Shown: one piece after another, positions 1 to 12,637 of the stretch
Layout: every line of letters begins with the position of its first letter
Numbering within the stretch: position 1 is the stretch's first letter
Notes under the pieces: model-generated
The model's input: the letters and a program-made list of their open reading frames with translations, nothing else
Told to the model about the DNA's origin: nothing
The model's database searches: none
Position numbers and translations under genes: made by a program
Assembly (NCBI GenBank): GCA_951406725.2
Contig: OX597826.1
Coordinates: forward strand, 49,042,001-49,106,000
DNA: 64,000 nt
Reading direction: 5' to 3'
Source: Octopus vulgaris
Lineage: Eukaryota

Positions 1-234
1 CAATACCTTAGGAGTGGATTTAGTAGACGGATACAGAAAGCCAGTGTGTGTGTGTGTGTGTGTCTTAGTGTCTGTGTTTGTCCCTCACCACCACTTGACA
101 ACCGGTGCTGGTTTGTTTACATTCCCATAACTTAGTTTTTTTACAAAAAGGACTGAGTTTAATTTATTCAACTAAAAACAGTTCATGACGATGCCCCAAC
201 ATGGCCATAGTCTAATGACTGAAACAAATAAAAG
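1..234 (+). mobile_element. tRNA-derived SINE, family A (3' part)
   Basis: Matches the 3' half of full copies at 27559 and 57044 (gtggattt-gtagacgga...TG tract...catggcc-agtc-aatgactgaaacaa). Confidence 0.8.
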
Positions 235-284
235 TTAAAAGATATATGTATATGTATAAACATATCTATCTATATAGATGGATG

Positions 285-516
<232 letters not shown>

Positions 517-771
517 GTAGAAATGTGTGTGTGTGTGTGTGTGGTGAATTTGTATGGGTGTGCATATATGAGTGCCTGTGTATGCATGTGTGTTTATTCA
601 CACAGAGGAACCAGCAAGCTTTTATGGATGTATACATCAAGTGTTTATGAATATATGAGTATGTACATGTGTGCACTTCTGCATGTGTATATCAATATAT
701 ATATATATATATATAGTGAACAAATGAAATGAAATAAAGAAAGAAATCATTATTATTATCAGTGTTGTTGC

Positions 772-807
<36 letters not shown>

Positions 808-1178
808 CATCATCATTTTTATTATTATCATTGTTGTCGTTGTTGCTGTTGTTGTTGTTGTTATTCAGCAGGCCTTAAAGAATGGCCCTCTCAAAGCTTT
901 TAAACTCTCAATGTGCCCCATTGTCAGTACTCAGTGAACAATTGTAATTCAGAAAGGTGGTGGAAATCAATGAGGTCAAAGTAAGTGAAAGGAATGCGTA
1001 TGTATATACATACATACATACACACACACATATATGTATAGAAAGAGGATATATAAAGCAAGCTTCACACGGTACATGTGTGCGTTTGTGTGTGTGTGTG
1101 TGTCAATGTGTATGTGTCTATATAAGAGAAGAGTATGTATGTATGCATCCATCCATCCTTCCATACATACATACATTC

Positions 1179-1211
<33 letters not shown>

Positions 1212-1475
1212 GCATACAGGTATATCTAAAATACAGGTGTTCTTAGTCATATGGTAAGGTGTCAGCTAATCATGAAAATGTGCTGGTTGGGCAAGGGGTA
1301 AGGGTTGGAGTGGTGGAGTAGGTTTCAATGCATTTGGCGGCAGAGCATGTAGAATGGAGTAATATAATATTGCATGATTTACAAACAATTTTCAAAACTT
1401 TGGAAGATTCTTAAGGGATTGTTTTTTTAAATATCATTTTTCCTTTTCCTTTCCTGGTTAAACATCTTGCAAGTT

Positions 1476-1764
1476 AAATATTCTTTAATAGTCTTTTTTG
1501 CCGAACTGCTAAGTTACGGGGACGTAAACACACCACAATTGGCTGTCAAGCGATGTTGGGGGGGGGGACAAACACAAACACACACATATACATATACATA
1601 TAAGATGGTTTTCTTTCAGTTTCTGTCTACCAAATCCACTCGCAAGGTTTTGGTTGGCCCGAGGCTATAGTAGAAGACACTTACCCAAGGTGCCACGCAG
1701 TGGGACTGAACCCGGAACCATGTGGTTCGTACACAGGCTACTTACCACACAGCCGTTCCTACGC
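1476..1764 (-). mobile_element. SINE family A
   Basis: Reverse complement of the family A head (cttaccacacagcc, gggactgaacccggaacc) and body. Confidence 0.85.
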
Positions 1765-1848
1765 ATATAGAAATATCTAAATATATATATATATATATTC
1801 ATGCATATATATTTTTATATACATGCATTGCAATATGCATGTACAGGA

Positions 1849-2060
1849 AGGTGGCAAACTGGCAGAAATGTTAGCATGCTGGGCCAAATGCTTAGTGGTA
1901 TTTCCTCTGTCTTTATATTCTAAGTTCAAATTCTGCCAAGGTCAACTTTGCCTTTCATCCTTTCAGAGTCAATAAATTAAGTACCAGTTGTGTACTGGGG
2001 TCGATCTAATTGACTGATCCCCACCCCAAAAATTTCAGACCTTGTGCCTAGAGTAAAAAA
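1849..2060 (+). mobile_element. tRNA-derived SINE, family B
   Basis: tggcagaaatgttagca...gttcaaattc (B-box-like)...ctttgcctttcatccttt...aagtaccagtt, homologous to the copy at 30445. Confidence 0.8.
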
Positions 2061-2385
2061 GAATATATGCGTACAGGGTGGACCAAAAATCTCATCCCAA
2101 AACATTTGACATTTTATTTACATTACTCTTTTACTTGTTTCAGTCACTTGACTATGGCCATGCTGGAGCACCGCCTTTTAGTCAAGTAAATCGACCTCAG
2201 GACTTATTCTTTGTAAGCCTAGTACTTATTCTATTAGTCTCTTTTGCCGAACCACTAAGTTATGGGGACGTAAACACGCGAGCAACGGTTGTCATAAGTT
2301 AGGTACATACGTTAGGTACATAAGTTGAGGCACCAGAATTTAGTACAGTATAACCAATACAGTTTCAAAATAAGGCGATTAAAAT

Positions 2386-2561
2386 CAAAATAAGCAACAC
2401 GATATCCAGAGGTAATGCAGTACGATCGTTTCAAGCGACTCCACTTAATTGAACAATTCAATCATTACATCAATTTAAATGCAGAGCAATCCTCAGATGC
2501 ATATGAAGTCACTTGAAAAGATCATACTGCATTGCCTCTGGATATCCTGTTGCTTATTTTG
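2386..2561. mobile_element. Fold-back PLE-like element with hammerhead-like motif on minus strand
   Basis: Inverted arms 2386-2440 and 2507-2561. Minus strand reads tgcat-CTGAGGA-long stem II-GAAA-CGATCG-T-A-ctgca. Related copy at 18468-18584. Confidence 0.65.
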
Positions 2562-2823
2562 TTTATAATATATATATATGAAATGAATACCAGTTGAACA
2601 CTAGGGTCAATGTAATCAACTTACCCCATTCCCAAACTTGTTGGCCTTGAGCCAAAATTTGAGACCATTATTATTACAGTTATGTGCAATATATATTAGT
2701 TTCAATCTTGGTGTTTTGACTTTGCCTCAACACCACCACCACCGTATATATATCTATATACACTTACATTACATTTCTTTCATTTCTTTTATATGTTTCA
2801 GCCCAAAGGTGGTGGCCATGCTG

Positions 2824-2869
<46 letters not shown>

Positions 2870-3607
2870 ATACATATATACGTATACACACACATGTGCA
2901 CACTCACATACACATGAGACGTGTTGAGAGGTGCATATATTCATGCATCCACCATACAACTTAATAATCATAATAATCATAATAATAATAATAATAATAA
3001 TCCTTTCTACTATAGGCACAAGGCATGAAACTTGAGGGGAGGGGACTAGTTCAATACATTGATCCCAGTGTTTAACCGGTACTTATTTTATCGACCCCGA
3101 AAAGATGAAAGTTAAGGTTGACTTTGTTGGAATTTGAACTCAGAATGCCGGAAGAAATGCCGTTAAACATTTCATCCTGGAAGCTAATGATTCTGCTAGG
3201 ATTGTTTCTTACTTTGATCTTTGGGAATGAGGGGACATTACCAGGACAAGATAGAAAAAAAAATTTGAAAACTTAGGGTGGTTACTCAGAACCAAGACCA
3301 ATCGATAAAAGCCATCACAAAACATCAACAATATAAAAGGGAAATGATATGAAGCATTACAAACAGGGGTGCAGATTTGTGAGCAGTGCCATTTTAATCG
3401 CATGGACACACTGAGCAGCTGCCTAAGGGCTTCAAATATTTAGGGGCCCAATTGTAATCTAAGTATGTTGTGACTTACTGTCAATCAGTAAATACCACAG
3501 GGCGAAGTGCATTGATTTACACAGTGCCTTTATATACGACTATGCTGCGAAAACTGCTTGGCCTGTAAGGGATCAATGGTGGGGGGACCCCAAAGGTCTT
3601 TGATTAA

Positions 3608-3829
3608 CCCTTTAGCATTCAGACCACTTTGTCAAGTGTAATGCTCATTTATTCAAATAATTTTGAATCAACCATGTATTATCTTGTAGTTTCAAGATTT
3701 TAATGATATGATTGCTTATCTTTACAATAACATTGTAGGGTGTGTGTGAAAGGTCAAATCTGGTTAGCTTGAGCATAAAAGAGGCAGAATATATCAGAAT
3801 ATATATTGGCTGTTTTGAGTGCTAAGGGG
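3608..3829. mobile_element. piggyBac-like MITE
   Basis: TTAA|CCCTTTAGCATTCA ... TGAGTGCTAAGGGG|TTGA: CCC-terminal inverted repeats with a TTAA-like target site. Confidence 0.7.
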
Positions 3830-4236
3830 TTGATTTTAATGTTAAGGCAAAGTGTTCCCTCTTCTGACAGTGTTATTTGGGCCATGTAAAACAATAACAA
3901 TAGCAACAACTACAACAACAACAAGTATACAATAGTTGTGGTAACTAACCATTGAGTAAATGAAGAAGCAGGTATACAGGTGTTTAATGTCAGAAATAAC
4001 AGCCATATTGACTCAAATTACACATAGGCTACTGTATTAGAGGAAGGACACACTAGGTTGTGTGGTATTGGGTATTCTGAAGCAGGAAAAGGAAGACAGT
4101 TTTAAAATGGCTTTGATGATGGATAAAATGGATCAGGGCTAAACAGCAACAACAATTACACTAATAATAACTTTGACACTACCAACAATAAAAGCAACAA
4201 CAACAATAATCGTTATGGAAGAGGAGAAAGAATGGG

Positions 4237-4267
<31 letters not shown>

Positions 4268-5084
4268 GAGGAAGGAAGGAATGGAGGGAGGGAGGGGGAG
4301 GGAAGGAAGGGAAAAAGGGTGAAAGGACAAAAGAAAAGGGAAAGAGGCAAGAAAGAAAAAGGTGAGAGAAGGAAAGAAGAGAAGAAAGAAATTAAGAAAG
4401 AAAGAAAAGGGGCAAAAGAAAGAAAGAAAGAATAAAAGAAAATGAGCGAGAGAGAATAAAAGAAAAGGAATAAAACATACAATAAAAGAATTTAAAGAAA
4501 GAAAGAAAGAAAAAAGAAAGAAAGAAAAAGAAAGAAAGAAAGAAAGAAGAAAAAAGAAAGAAAGAAAGACAGGAAAAAGAAAGAAAGGAAAAAGAAAAAA
4601 GAAAGAAAGAAAGAAAGTAAAAAAGAAAGAAAGAAAAGCTAATTATGATTCATAAGTGTCAGAATAACATAAAAACAATAACGACAACAGCAAAAACAAT
4701 AATCACAACAACAACAATAATAACAGCAAACGATACTAATAATAACAACAATAATGGTAATAAAAAAAAAGAAAACATATTGGAAAGTCTTTGTGTAGTT
4801 TTTGTCTTTGTAATATTTGTGTAGCCTGTTCTTGCAAATGTTCCAGTGATAAGTTTCCAATGGACTTTGAGAGAATGATTGTGAAAACACTTTTGTTTGT
4901 ATTAGTAAACAGGTTGTTTAACAACACAGAAAGCACATTTTTTTAATTTCTGCATGAGTAAGCAGGTTGTTTCAAATTCTATATAGGTGCTGGCCTAATT
5001 GTGTGGTTAAGAAGATTGCTTCCCAACCATGTGAATTTTTAGGTTCAATCCTACCGCATGGCACCATGGGCAAGTGTATTCTAA

Positions 5085-5500
5085 AAGGGTAAAGACCCCC
5101 TTCGGTCATGAATGACCATGGGGGTTATGCCTAGAAAGTTGCCCTCCGAGGCACAAGTCCAGACAAGGTTGTTTATGGAAACCAGTAGTCACCCATGCAT
5201 ATTAACCTTTTGGGTTCAATCCTACCGCATGGCACCTTGGGCAAGTGTATTCTAAAAGGATAAAGACCCCCTTCAATCATGAATGACCATGGGGTTACGC
5301 CAAAAAAGTTACCCTCCGAGGCACAAGTCCAGGCAAGGTTGTTCATGAAAGACCGGTAATTGCCCATGCATATCAACCTCTCCTCTCCATGCCACAGATG
5401 TTATCCAAGGGAAAGATAAAGGCCGATACAGCTTGCCACCAGTGATGTCGCTACTCATTTCCACAGCTGAGTGAACTGGAAGAACATAGAATAAAGTACA
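5085..5500 (-). mobile_element. SINE family G inserted into a family A head, with tandem duplication
   Basis: Homologous to the plus-strand copy at 14742-15080 (catggtcattcatgacc...tttaccct tail). Confidence 0.7.
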
Positions 5501-5504
5501 TTAT

Positions 5505-5749
5505 TTATATTATTTACATATGATGGATATTTGTCCTCATTGTGTTTATTGTTAACATTTCGGCTGATATACCTTCCAGACTTCACCACATGTCTTGGGG
5601 AAATTTCGAACTTGGGTTCTCATTCCTAAGGTATTTTTCGATGTTATTATTATTATTATTTTTATCATTATTATTCAGGTCACTGCCTGGAATTGAACTC
5701 AGAATCTTGGGGTTAGTAGCCCGTGCTCTTAACCACTGTGCCATATGCC
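5505..5749 (-). mobile_element. tRNA-headed element with (AAT)n linker and hammerhead-like tail
   Basis: Head 5678-5749 has A-box TGGCACAGTGG and B-box GTTCAATTCC. Degenerate hammerhead-like motif at 5554-5592. Confidence 0.55.
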
Positions 5750-5920
5750 TATATTATAACTGTGTGTATATGTATGTATATATATATATATAATTAGGCA
5801 TGGTTAAGTGGTAAGGAGCTTACTTCTCAACTACATTGTTTTGAGTTCAGTCCCACTGCATGGTACCTTGGGTGAGTCTTCAACTATAAACTCAAGCCAA
5901 CCAAAGTACATATATATATG

Positions 5921-5964
<44 letters not shown>

Positions 5965-5966
<2 letters not shown>

Positions 5967-6236
5967 GGGTGCATAACACCAAAGATTCTTTGAAAGCCGT
6001 CATAGTCAGAGTAATGTCCAAATTGAGCCAGGACCACTTGATTCAAGCATGTAGATGATTTAGATCTCATATAGAAGCAGTTGTTGAAGCTGAATGTGGT
6101 TTTATTGAATAATATTATAGAAAAGAAGGTTTATATTTATCGTCATACCATTTTTTGATAAATAAAGTTATCTTTTATTATAAATCTGTTGGGTTTTTTT
6201 ATAAACATAAATCTGTCCTCAAATATCTTATGCACC

Positions 6237-6239
<3 letters not shown>
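5965..6239 (+). mobile_element. Internally deleted Tc1/mariner-type DNA transposon
   Basis: TIRs CAGGGTGCATAA (5965-5976) and TTATGCACCCTG (6228-6239). 5972-6112 translates HNTKDSLKAVIVRVMSKLSQDHLIQACR*FRSHIEAVVEAECGFIE*, a typical transposase C-terminus. Confidence 0.85.
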
Positions 6240-6269
<30 letters not shown>

Positions 6270-6271
<2 letters not shown>

Positions 6272-6483
6272 ACATGTGATCTCTTGAGCACCACCAGCTC
6301 AAATATTTTTTCCTCTGTCTTCCCTTCTTGGGATCTCTCCTTCTCCTTGTTTCCGACGAAGAGCTCCGCTCGAAACGTTAAACCCTCCTTCCCTTCTTTC
6401 CTGAGCGTCAATAATACTTTAATTGTTCCACGTCCTGCGTTGCTGTGTTTTTTTCTCTTTTTTCTGTGTTTTCTTGTTTGGAT

Positions 6484-6488
<5 letters not shown>
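6270..6488 (+). mobile_element. Short (TA)n-flanked PLE-like element, family E1
   Basis: Homologous copies at 46925-47130 (-), 50450-50665 (+) and 61220-61360 (-). Hammerhead-like motif at 6349-6383. Confidence 0.75.
6349..6383 (+). ncRNA. Minimal type I hammerhead-like motif (variant core)
   Basis: GTTT-CCGACGA-A-GAGC(tcc)GCTC-GAAA-CG-T-T-AAAC: stem I 4 bp, stem II 4 bp, palindromic ACGT stem III. Confidence 0.55.
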
Positions 6489-6518
<30 letters not shown>

Positions 6519-6971
6519 ACATGCATACATGCATATATTTATGTATAAAGAAATATATGCATGTATATATGTATGTATATATGTAAATATATGCATGTGT
6601 TTGTGAGGGTTTGTGTATATATGTATGCGCCTCTGTATTTATGTATGTATGAGCAAGTGTATGAGTGTATGTATATAGGTGTGTGTGTGTGTGTGTTTCT
6701 GTAAGCAGGGTCAACTCTGGGTATTAATGCCATTAGCCCGCACATGCACTAGTTGTATGACTAATTACATATCAGCATGGAATATTTGTCAACATGGCTT
6801 TACTAAATAAGTCATTTGTTTGTTGTTTTGTTTATTTTCATTAAAAGTAATTTTAATTACGATTTTGCAAATCACAGCTTTTTTTTTTTTCCCCAGATAA
6901 GACACGTGACTTAGATCTAGGCACTCTCACACCACCAAGTCTTTGCATGTGCACACACACGCACACACACA

Positions 6972-7032
<61 letters not shown>

Positions 7033-7084
7033 AAACACACATATATAAATATATATATATATGTATACATACCATCATCATACA

Positions 7085-7410
7085 TATGGCAGTCTGTCAG
7101 CTACAACAATGAGGGTTCCAAGTTAATCCCATCAACAGAACAGCCTGCTTGTGAAATTAATGCGGTTGAGCACTCCACAGACATGCATACACTTGACGTA
7201 GTTCTCAGGGACATTCAGTGTGACACAGAGTGTGACAAAGCTGGCCCTTTTTTGAAATACAGGTACTACTCATTTGTGCCAGGTAAATGACCTGGAGCAA
7301 TGTAAAATAAAGTGTCTTGCTCAAGGACATGACACATTGCTAGGAACTGAACTCATGATCATAAGATCATGAACTAAGTACCCTAACCACTAACCCATAC
7401 ACTTTCACCA
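7085..7410 (-). mobile_element. tRNA-derived SINE, family F
   Basis: Reverse tRNA-like head (ccctaaccactaa) plus gtgtcttgctcaagga core. Related fragments near 14210-14385 and 50700-50790. Confidence 0.7.
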
Positions 7411-7437
7411 TTATTTATATACATACGTATATATATC

Positions 7438-7769
7438 ATAATCATCATCATCATCGTTTAACGTCCGCCTTCCATGCTAGCATGGGTTGGACGGTTCAAC
7501 TGGGGTCTGGGAAGTCAGAAGACTGCACCAGGCCCAGTCTGATCTGGCAGTGTTTCTACAGCTGGATGCCCTTCCTAATGCTAACCACTTCATGAGTGTA
7601 GTGGGTGCTTTTTACGTGCCAACGGCAAAGGTGCCAGATGAGGCTGGCAACAGCCACGATCGGATGGTGCTTTTTACGTGCCACCAGCACAGAGGCCAGT
7701 CAGGGCGGCGCTGGCTACGGCCACGTTCGGATGGTTCTCTTATGTGCCACCAGCACTGGTATCACAGCT

Positions 7770-7770
<1 letters not shown>
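7438..7770 (-). mobile_element. Retroposon family D ending in (GAT)n
   Basis: Homologous to 14430-14638 (+): aggaagggcatccagctgtagaa...ccaacccatgctagcatggaa..ggacgttaaacgatgatgat. Confidence 0.8.
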
Positions 7771-7810
<40 letters not shown>

Positions 7811-7848
7811 TATATGTTTTTGCATATATTTATATATACACACATATA

Positions 7849-8131
7849 TACAGGATGCATTCAGAAAGTATCTGACTTCATTTTTTCCTGCCAAAACAAA
7901 TACTGCATGGGCAAAATCTTTTTGATGGAAGATGACACCACCCTTCCTGCTCATGTGTGAAAATTTTTTAGCCTGTAGGCCGCATCAGTTCTCAACAGTC
8001 ACACATGGAGCAGAGACATGTAGTGCGAACATTTTCATACATGCACAGGAAGGATGGTGTCACTTCCCACTGAAAGAATTTAGCCCATGTGGCATTAGAT
8101 TTGGTGGGGAAAAAATGATGTCAAAAAGTTT
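7849..8131. mobile_element. MITE with long imperfect inverted repeats (mariner-like)
   Basis: About 90 bp arms (gacttcatttttt...catgtgtgaaaa versus ttttcatacatg...aaaaaatgatgtc); begins TA-CAGG. Confidence 0.7.
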
Positions 8132-8260
8132 ATATATGTTGTGCCCACTCATTATATCTCTCCCCCAACCTTCCGATCCCAGCCACCTTTCAAAATCTTG
8201 TGAACTCACCCATCCATCCACCCTGTACAATGCCCCATCTAGTTCGCTGTATAACCCTTT

Positions 8261-8308
<48 letters not shown>

Positions 8309-8436
8309 ATGTGTCTGTATATATGTGTGTGCATGTGTATGTGTGTGCATGCGTATGTGTGTTCATGTATGTATAACAGTTTATATTGCACAACACTGAT
8401 GTAAGAAAAATAAGAAACACTTCAATCCTTGGATCT

Positions 8437-8487
<51 letters not shown>

Positions 8488-9128
8488 GTTTGTATATATG
8501 TATTTGTATATGTATATGTGTAAGTGTGCATATGTAAAATAATAAAATGTGTGAAAATTTTGGAGGAAGTATTTCCCTTTAAAATGTGTTTCTTTTACTA
8601 ATTTGTATTACTTTTGGGAAAGCACTGGTGCATAATCAAAGTGTATATAGACATTGATATATATACACCAATTTATATATATATATATACATATAAGCAT
8701 ATATATACATGTATGTAAGTATGTGTATGAATTTTGAAACTACTTTTATTCAGTATACAAAAATCTCAATCAAGTTGCATTTGAGAATGGTATTTCCGGC
8801 ATCCTGTCTAAATCAAAGAGAAACAATGTAAGAATTGGCATAAATATAACTTTATTTTTTTTAAAAAAAAACGTAAGAGGAAACTCATTATTCAAAGCCC
8901 ATTTTTAAAAAAATTTATTTTTCTGGCCTCCTTATGAGTTTATGTGTGCACATATAAACACAGTTACATACATATATAGCTATGTGTGTGTGTGTGTATG
9001 TATGTGTGTATGTATGTATATCCATAGTAGATAGAAGCTTCATGCAAATTTCACAATATCATTTATACAAGTGGTAATAAAAATGTTGTTCATTTCGTTC
9101 AACCCACCTTACAATACAGTATCCTATT

Positions 9129-9165
<37 letters not shown>

Positions 9166-9577
9166 CATCATCATTATTATTATCATTTTTTTTCGTTTTG
9201 TTGCTATCATTATTATTATTATTATTATTATTATTGTTGTGGTTTCAGAATCCGATATCCTTGTTATTGACATGTAGCATAATCTAATATCCTTGTTATT
9301 ATATGCATCGCAGTTTCTCTTTGATTTTCATTCCTTTCAACGCTTAAGAAAATTTATTAACTAATTATATTCCGTTTTGGCAATTTCGGATTGCACACCA
9401 TTTTTATTTTAATTATTTTATAATAAAAAAAATATGTGTGTGATTCTGCATGTGTATGAGTATGTGTATGTCTGTGTGTTTACGTGTTCATGTGTCTGTG
9501 AGTCTGTGTACATCAGAGAGGGTGAAAAAGGAGAGTTCTTTGCTAGAAACAATATTTTTCTCATATTTCTTTTCCCT

Positions 9578-9611
<34 letters not shown>

Positions 9612-9856
9612 GTTCTCAAACACTCTTTTTAAAGTACTTGAGAAAAATTCCGGAACAGTAAAAAAACAAATACTTTGCAAAAATGAAAGGAAAAAATTAG
9701 AAAAAGCGGAAATTTTAGAAAAAGTGGGAAAAGAAAATTCTAAAGAAATTTCTTAAATTTCAAATTCATTTGAAAAATATGGTCGAGATAGCAATATATG
9801 TATGTGTTATAGAATCATATACACATACACAAACCACACATAAATATTTGTCATTG

Positions 9857-9901
<45 letters not shown>

Positions 9902-10515
9902 CGCATGCATACATATATATATATATGTGTGTATGTATGTATATGTATGTATTTATGTATGTATATATGTATTATGTATGTATACTCACATTCATAATCA
10001 TTTATTTATGTGAATATACACATGATGTATACACAGTCATTTAGAAGTTATATATACACATCTTTATGCATTCATGGTACATAGAAACAGCATAAGTGAA
10101 GAAATTTATGTTTACCATTCAAATTGTCTGGAAATTTGTTGATTTTCAGAAGACCTGTCCGGATATGTAACTGTACATATATGCATGTATGTCTCTGTGT
10201 ATGTGTATGCATGTTTATATCTCGCCATATGTGTATGTATATGTGTATGTGTTCATGTATATGTGAGAAAGAGAGAGAGAGTAAGAAAGAAAGAGAGATG
10301 AACTGCATATTAAACATCTTCACCTAGAAGTGAGTTCTTAGCCAATGGGTTAGCCTCAACATCGTCATATGACCTGATGGAATTATCCGCTTAGGTGGCT
10401 GAAGCTTTGAAGTATCTGACAACAACATTCTTTTTTAAGAATAATAAATTTGTATTCTGCAAAACTATGGAGTAACTATCGTTTTTATTATAACTGAACA
10501 TAAAAACGAACATTA

Positions 10516-10556
<41 letters not shown>

Positions 10557-11030
10557 TGTGTGTGCATGTGTGTGTGTGTAAGGCATCAAGGTGACAGAAT
10601 CTTTAGCATGCTAGGCAAGATGCTTAGTGACATTTCATCCCTTTTTACGTTCTTGGTTCAAATCCCGCCGAAGTCAACTTTGCCTCTCATCCTCTCAGTA
10701 CCAGTTCTAAACTGTGGTCGATACAATCTATTTATCCCACTCCCAACGAAATTGCTGGCCTTGTGCTAAAATTTGAAACCAATATATATATCTTTATATA
10801 TAGCATACACACACACATACACACAAATATTTGCAATTTCTTACGTTCTTTCATTCTTTTACTTGTTTCAATCACCTGATTGCAACCATGCTGGAGCACC
10901 TCCTTTAGTCCAAGAAAACCCAAACTATATATATATATATATAATATATATATATAATATATATATATATAATATATATATATAGGTAGGAGTGGCTGTG
11001 TGGTAAGCTTGCAAACCCCCGGTTCAAACT

Positions 11031-11061
<31 letters not shown>

Positions 11062-11273
11062 ATAAGTTTAGCATTGCTGATATACTTAGCGGTATAGAAT
11101 AAGTATAAAGAATAAGTATATAAAGGCGGTATCAAATGACTGAAACAAGTAAAAAAAGAAAAAAGAAAGAAAAAAAAGAATATATATATAATATATATAT
11201 ATATATGATCGAAATGGTAAGACAACAAAAGAATGAAAGAGACCTCGATGTTATGTAAATAAAGGAATTTATC

Positions 11274-11518
11274 TGTAAATGTAATATGTGACAATTATTC
11301 AGTAGCCATAATAAAACTCTGAGTTTCGGATGTCGGGGTCGATATTCACACCACCATCTCTTCAGTTATCTGGCCATTGGAAAAAATGCAATCAGAAAAA
11401 GGTATTTTTTTCCGATGGCCGGAAAACTGAAGAGATGGTGGCGTGGATTTCCACCCCAACATCCGAAACTCAGAGTTTTATCATGGCTACCAAATAATTG
11501 TCACATATTACATTTACA
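11274..11518. mobile_element. Fold-back PLE-like element; each arm carries a hammerhead-like motif
   Basis: Inverted arms 11274-11387 and 11404-11518. Motifs at 11305-11374 (-) and 11418-11487 (+). Confidence 0.8.
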
Positions 11519-12054
11519 CACACACACACACACACACATATGTATGTATATATATATATATATATATGACAGGCTTCTTTCAGTTTCTGTTTACCAAATC
11601 CACTCACAAGGCATTGGTTGGCCTGAGGCTGTAGCAGAAGACACTTGCTGCTCAAGGGGCCATGCAGCAGGACTGAACCTGGTACCATATGGCTGGGAAG
11701 CAAGTTTCTTACCACACAGCCATGTCGAGCCAAGCCTTCAGTTTAAAGATCCCTCCCTTGCTATCTCCCACCTGTCACAGAGGGCCCCCACCCCCATAAA
11801 GGGTCATGAGCACTGCCTCCCCACCAGAATAAACTAATGAATAAATAAATAAACAACAAATTGTCTGGACTAAATGTGAACTGTAAGACCTATGAACTAG
11901 TGGTCCAAAACACTGAAGCCATTCAGTTCCTTTAATTTATAAATAACGTTTTGTTTATAAATTCTTTAAATAAAGCAAAAATTTTTCTGCTTGTTTTGAG
12001 AAATCAATCTTTTATTTTTGTCGAAGATTTGATTATGTTGCCAATGTTGCTGTT

Positions 12055-12430
12055 TCGTTGCTGCTGCTGATGATGATAATGATGATGATGATGATGATGG
12101 ATGGTGGTGATGTTGATGGTGATGATGATGATGATGACGATGATGGTGGTGGTGGTGGTGGTGGTGGTGGTGGCGGTGGTGATGTTGATGTTGATGATGA
12201 TGATGATGACGATGATGGTGGTGGTGGTGGTGATGTTGATGGTGATGATGAGGAATAGGGGAAGAAGGTGGAAGGGAAGGGGAGAGAAGGAGAGGAAGAT
12301 GTACAAGATACTGACGATCGTGTTCACGATCATGGTGACAGTGACAATGATGGAGGTGGTGGTAGTAGTGTTGGTGTTGGTGCTGGTGGAGTTGTTGGTT
12401 GCAGTAGTGGTGGTGATGATGTTGATAATA

Positions 12431-12461
<31 letters not shown>

Positions 12462-12492
12462 CGTCGACGAGGATGATGATGATGATGATGAT

Positions 12493-12524
<32 letters not shown>

Positions 12525-12526
12525 CA

Positions 12527-12563
<37 letters not shown>

Positions 12564-12577
12564 CGACGACGACGACA

Positions 12578-12637
<60 letters not shown>

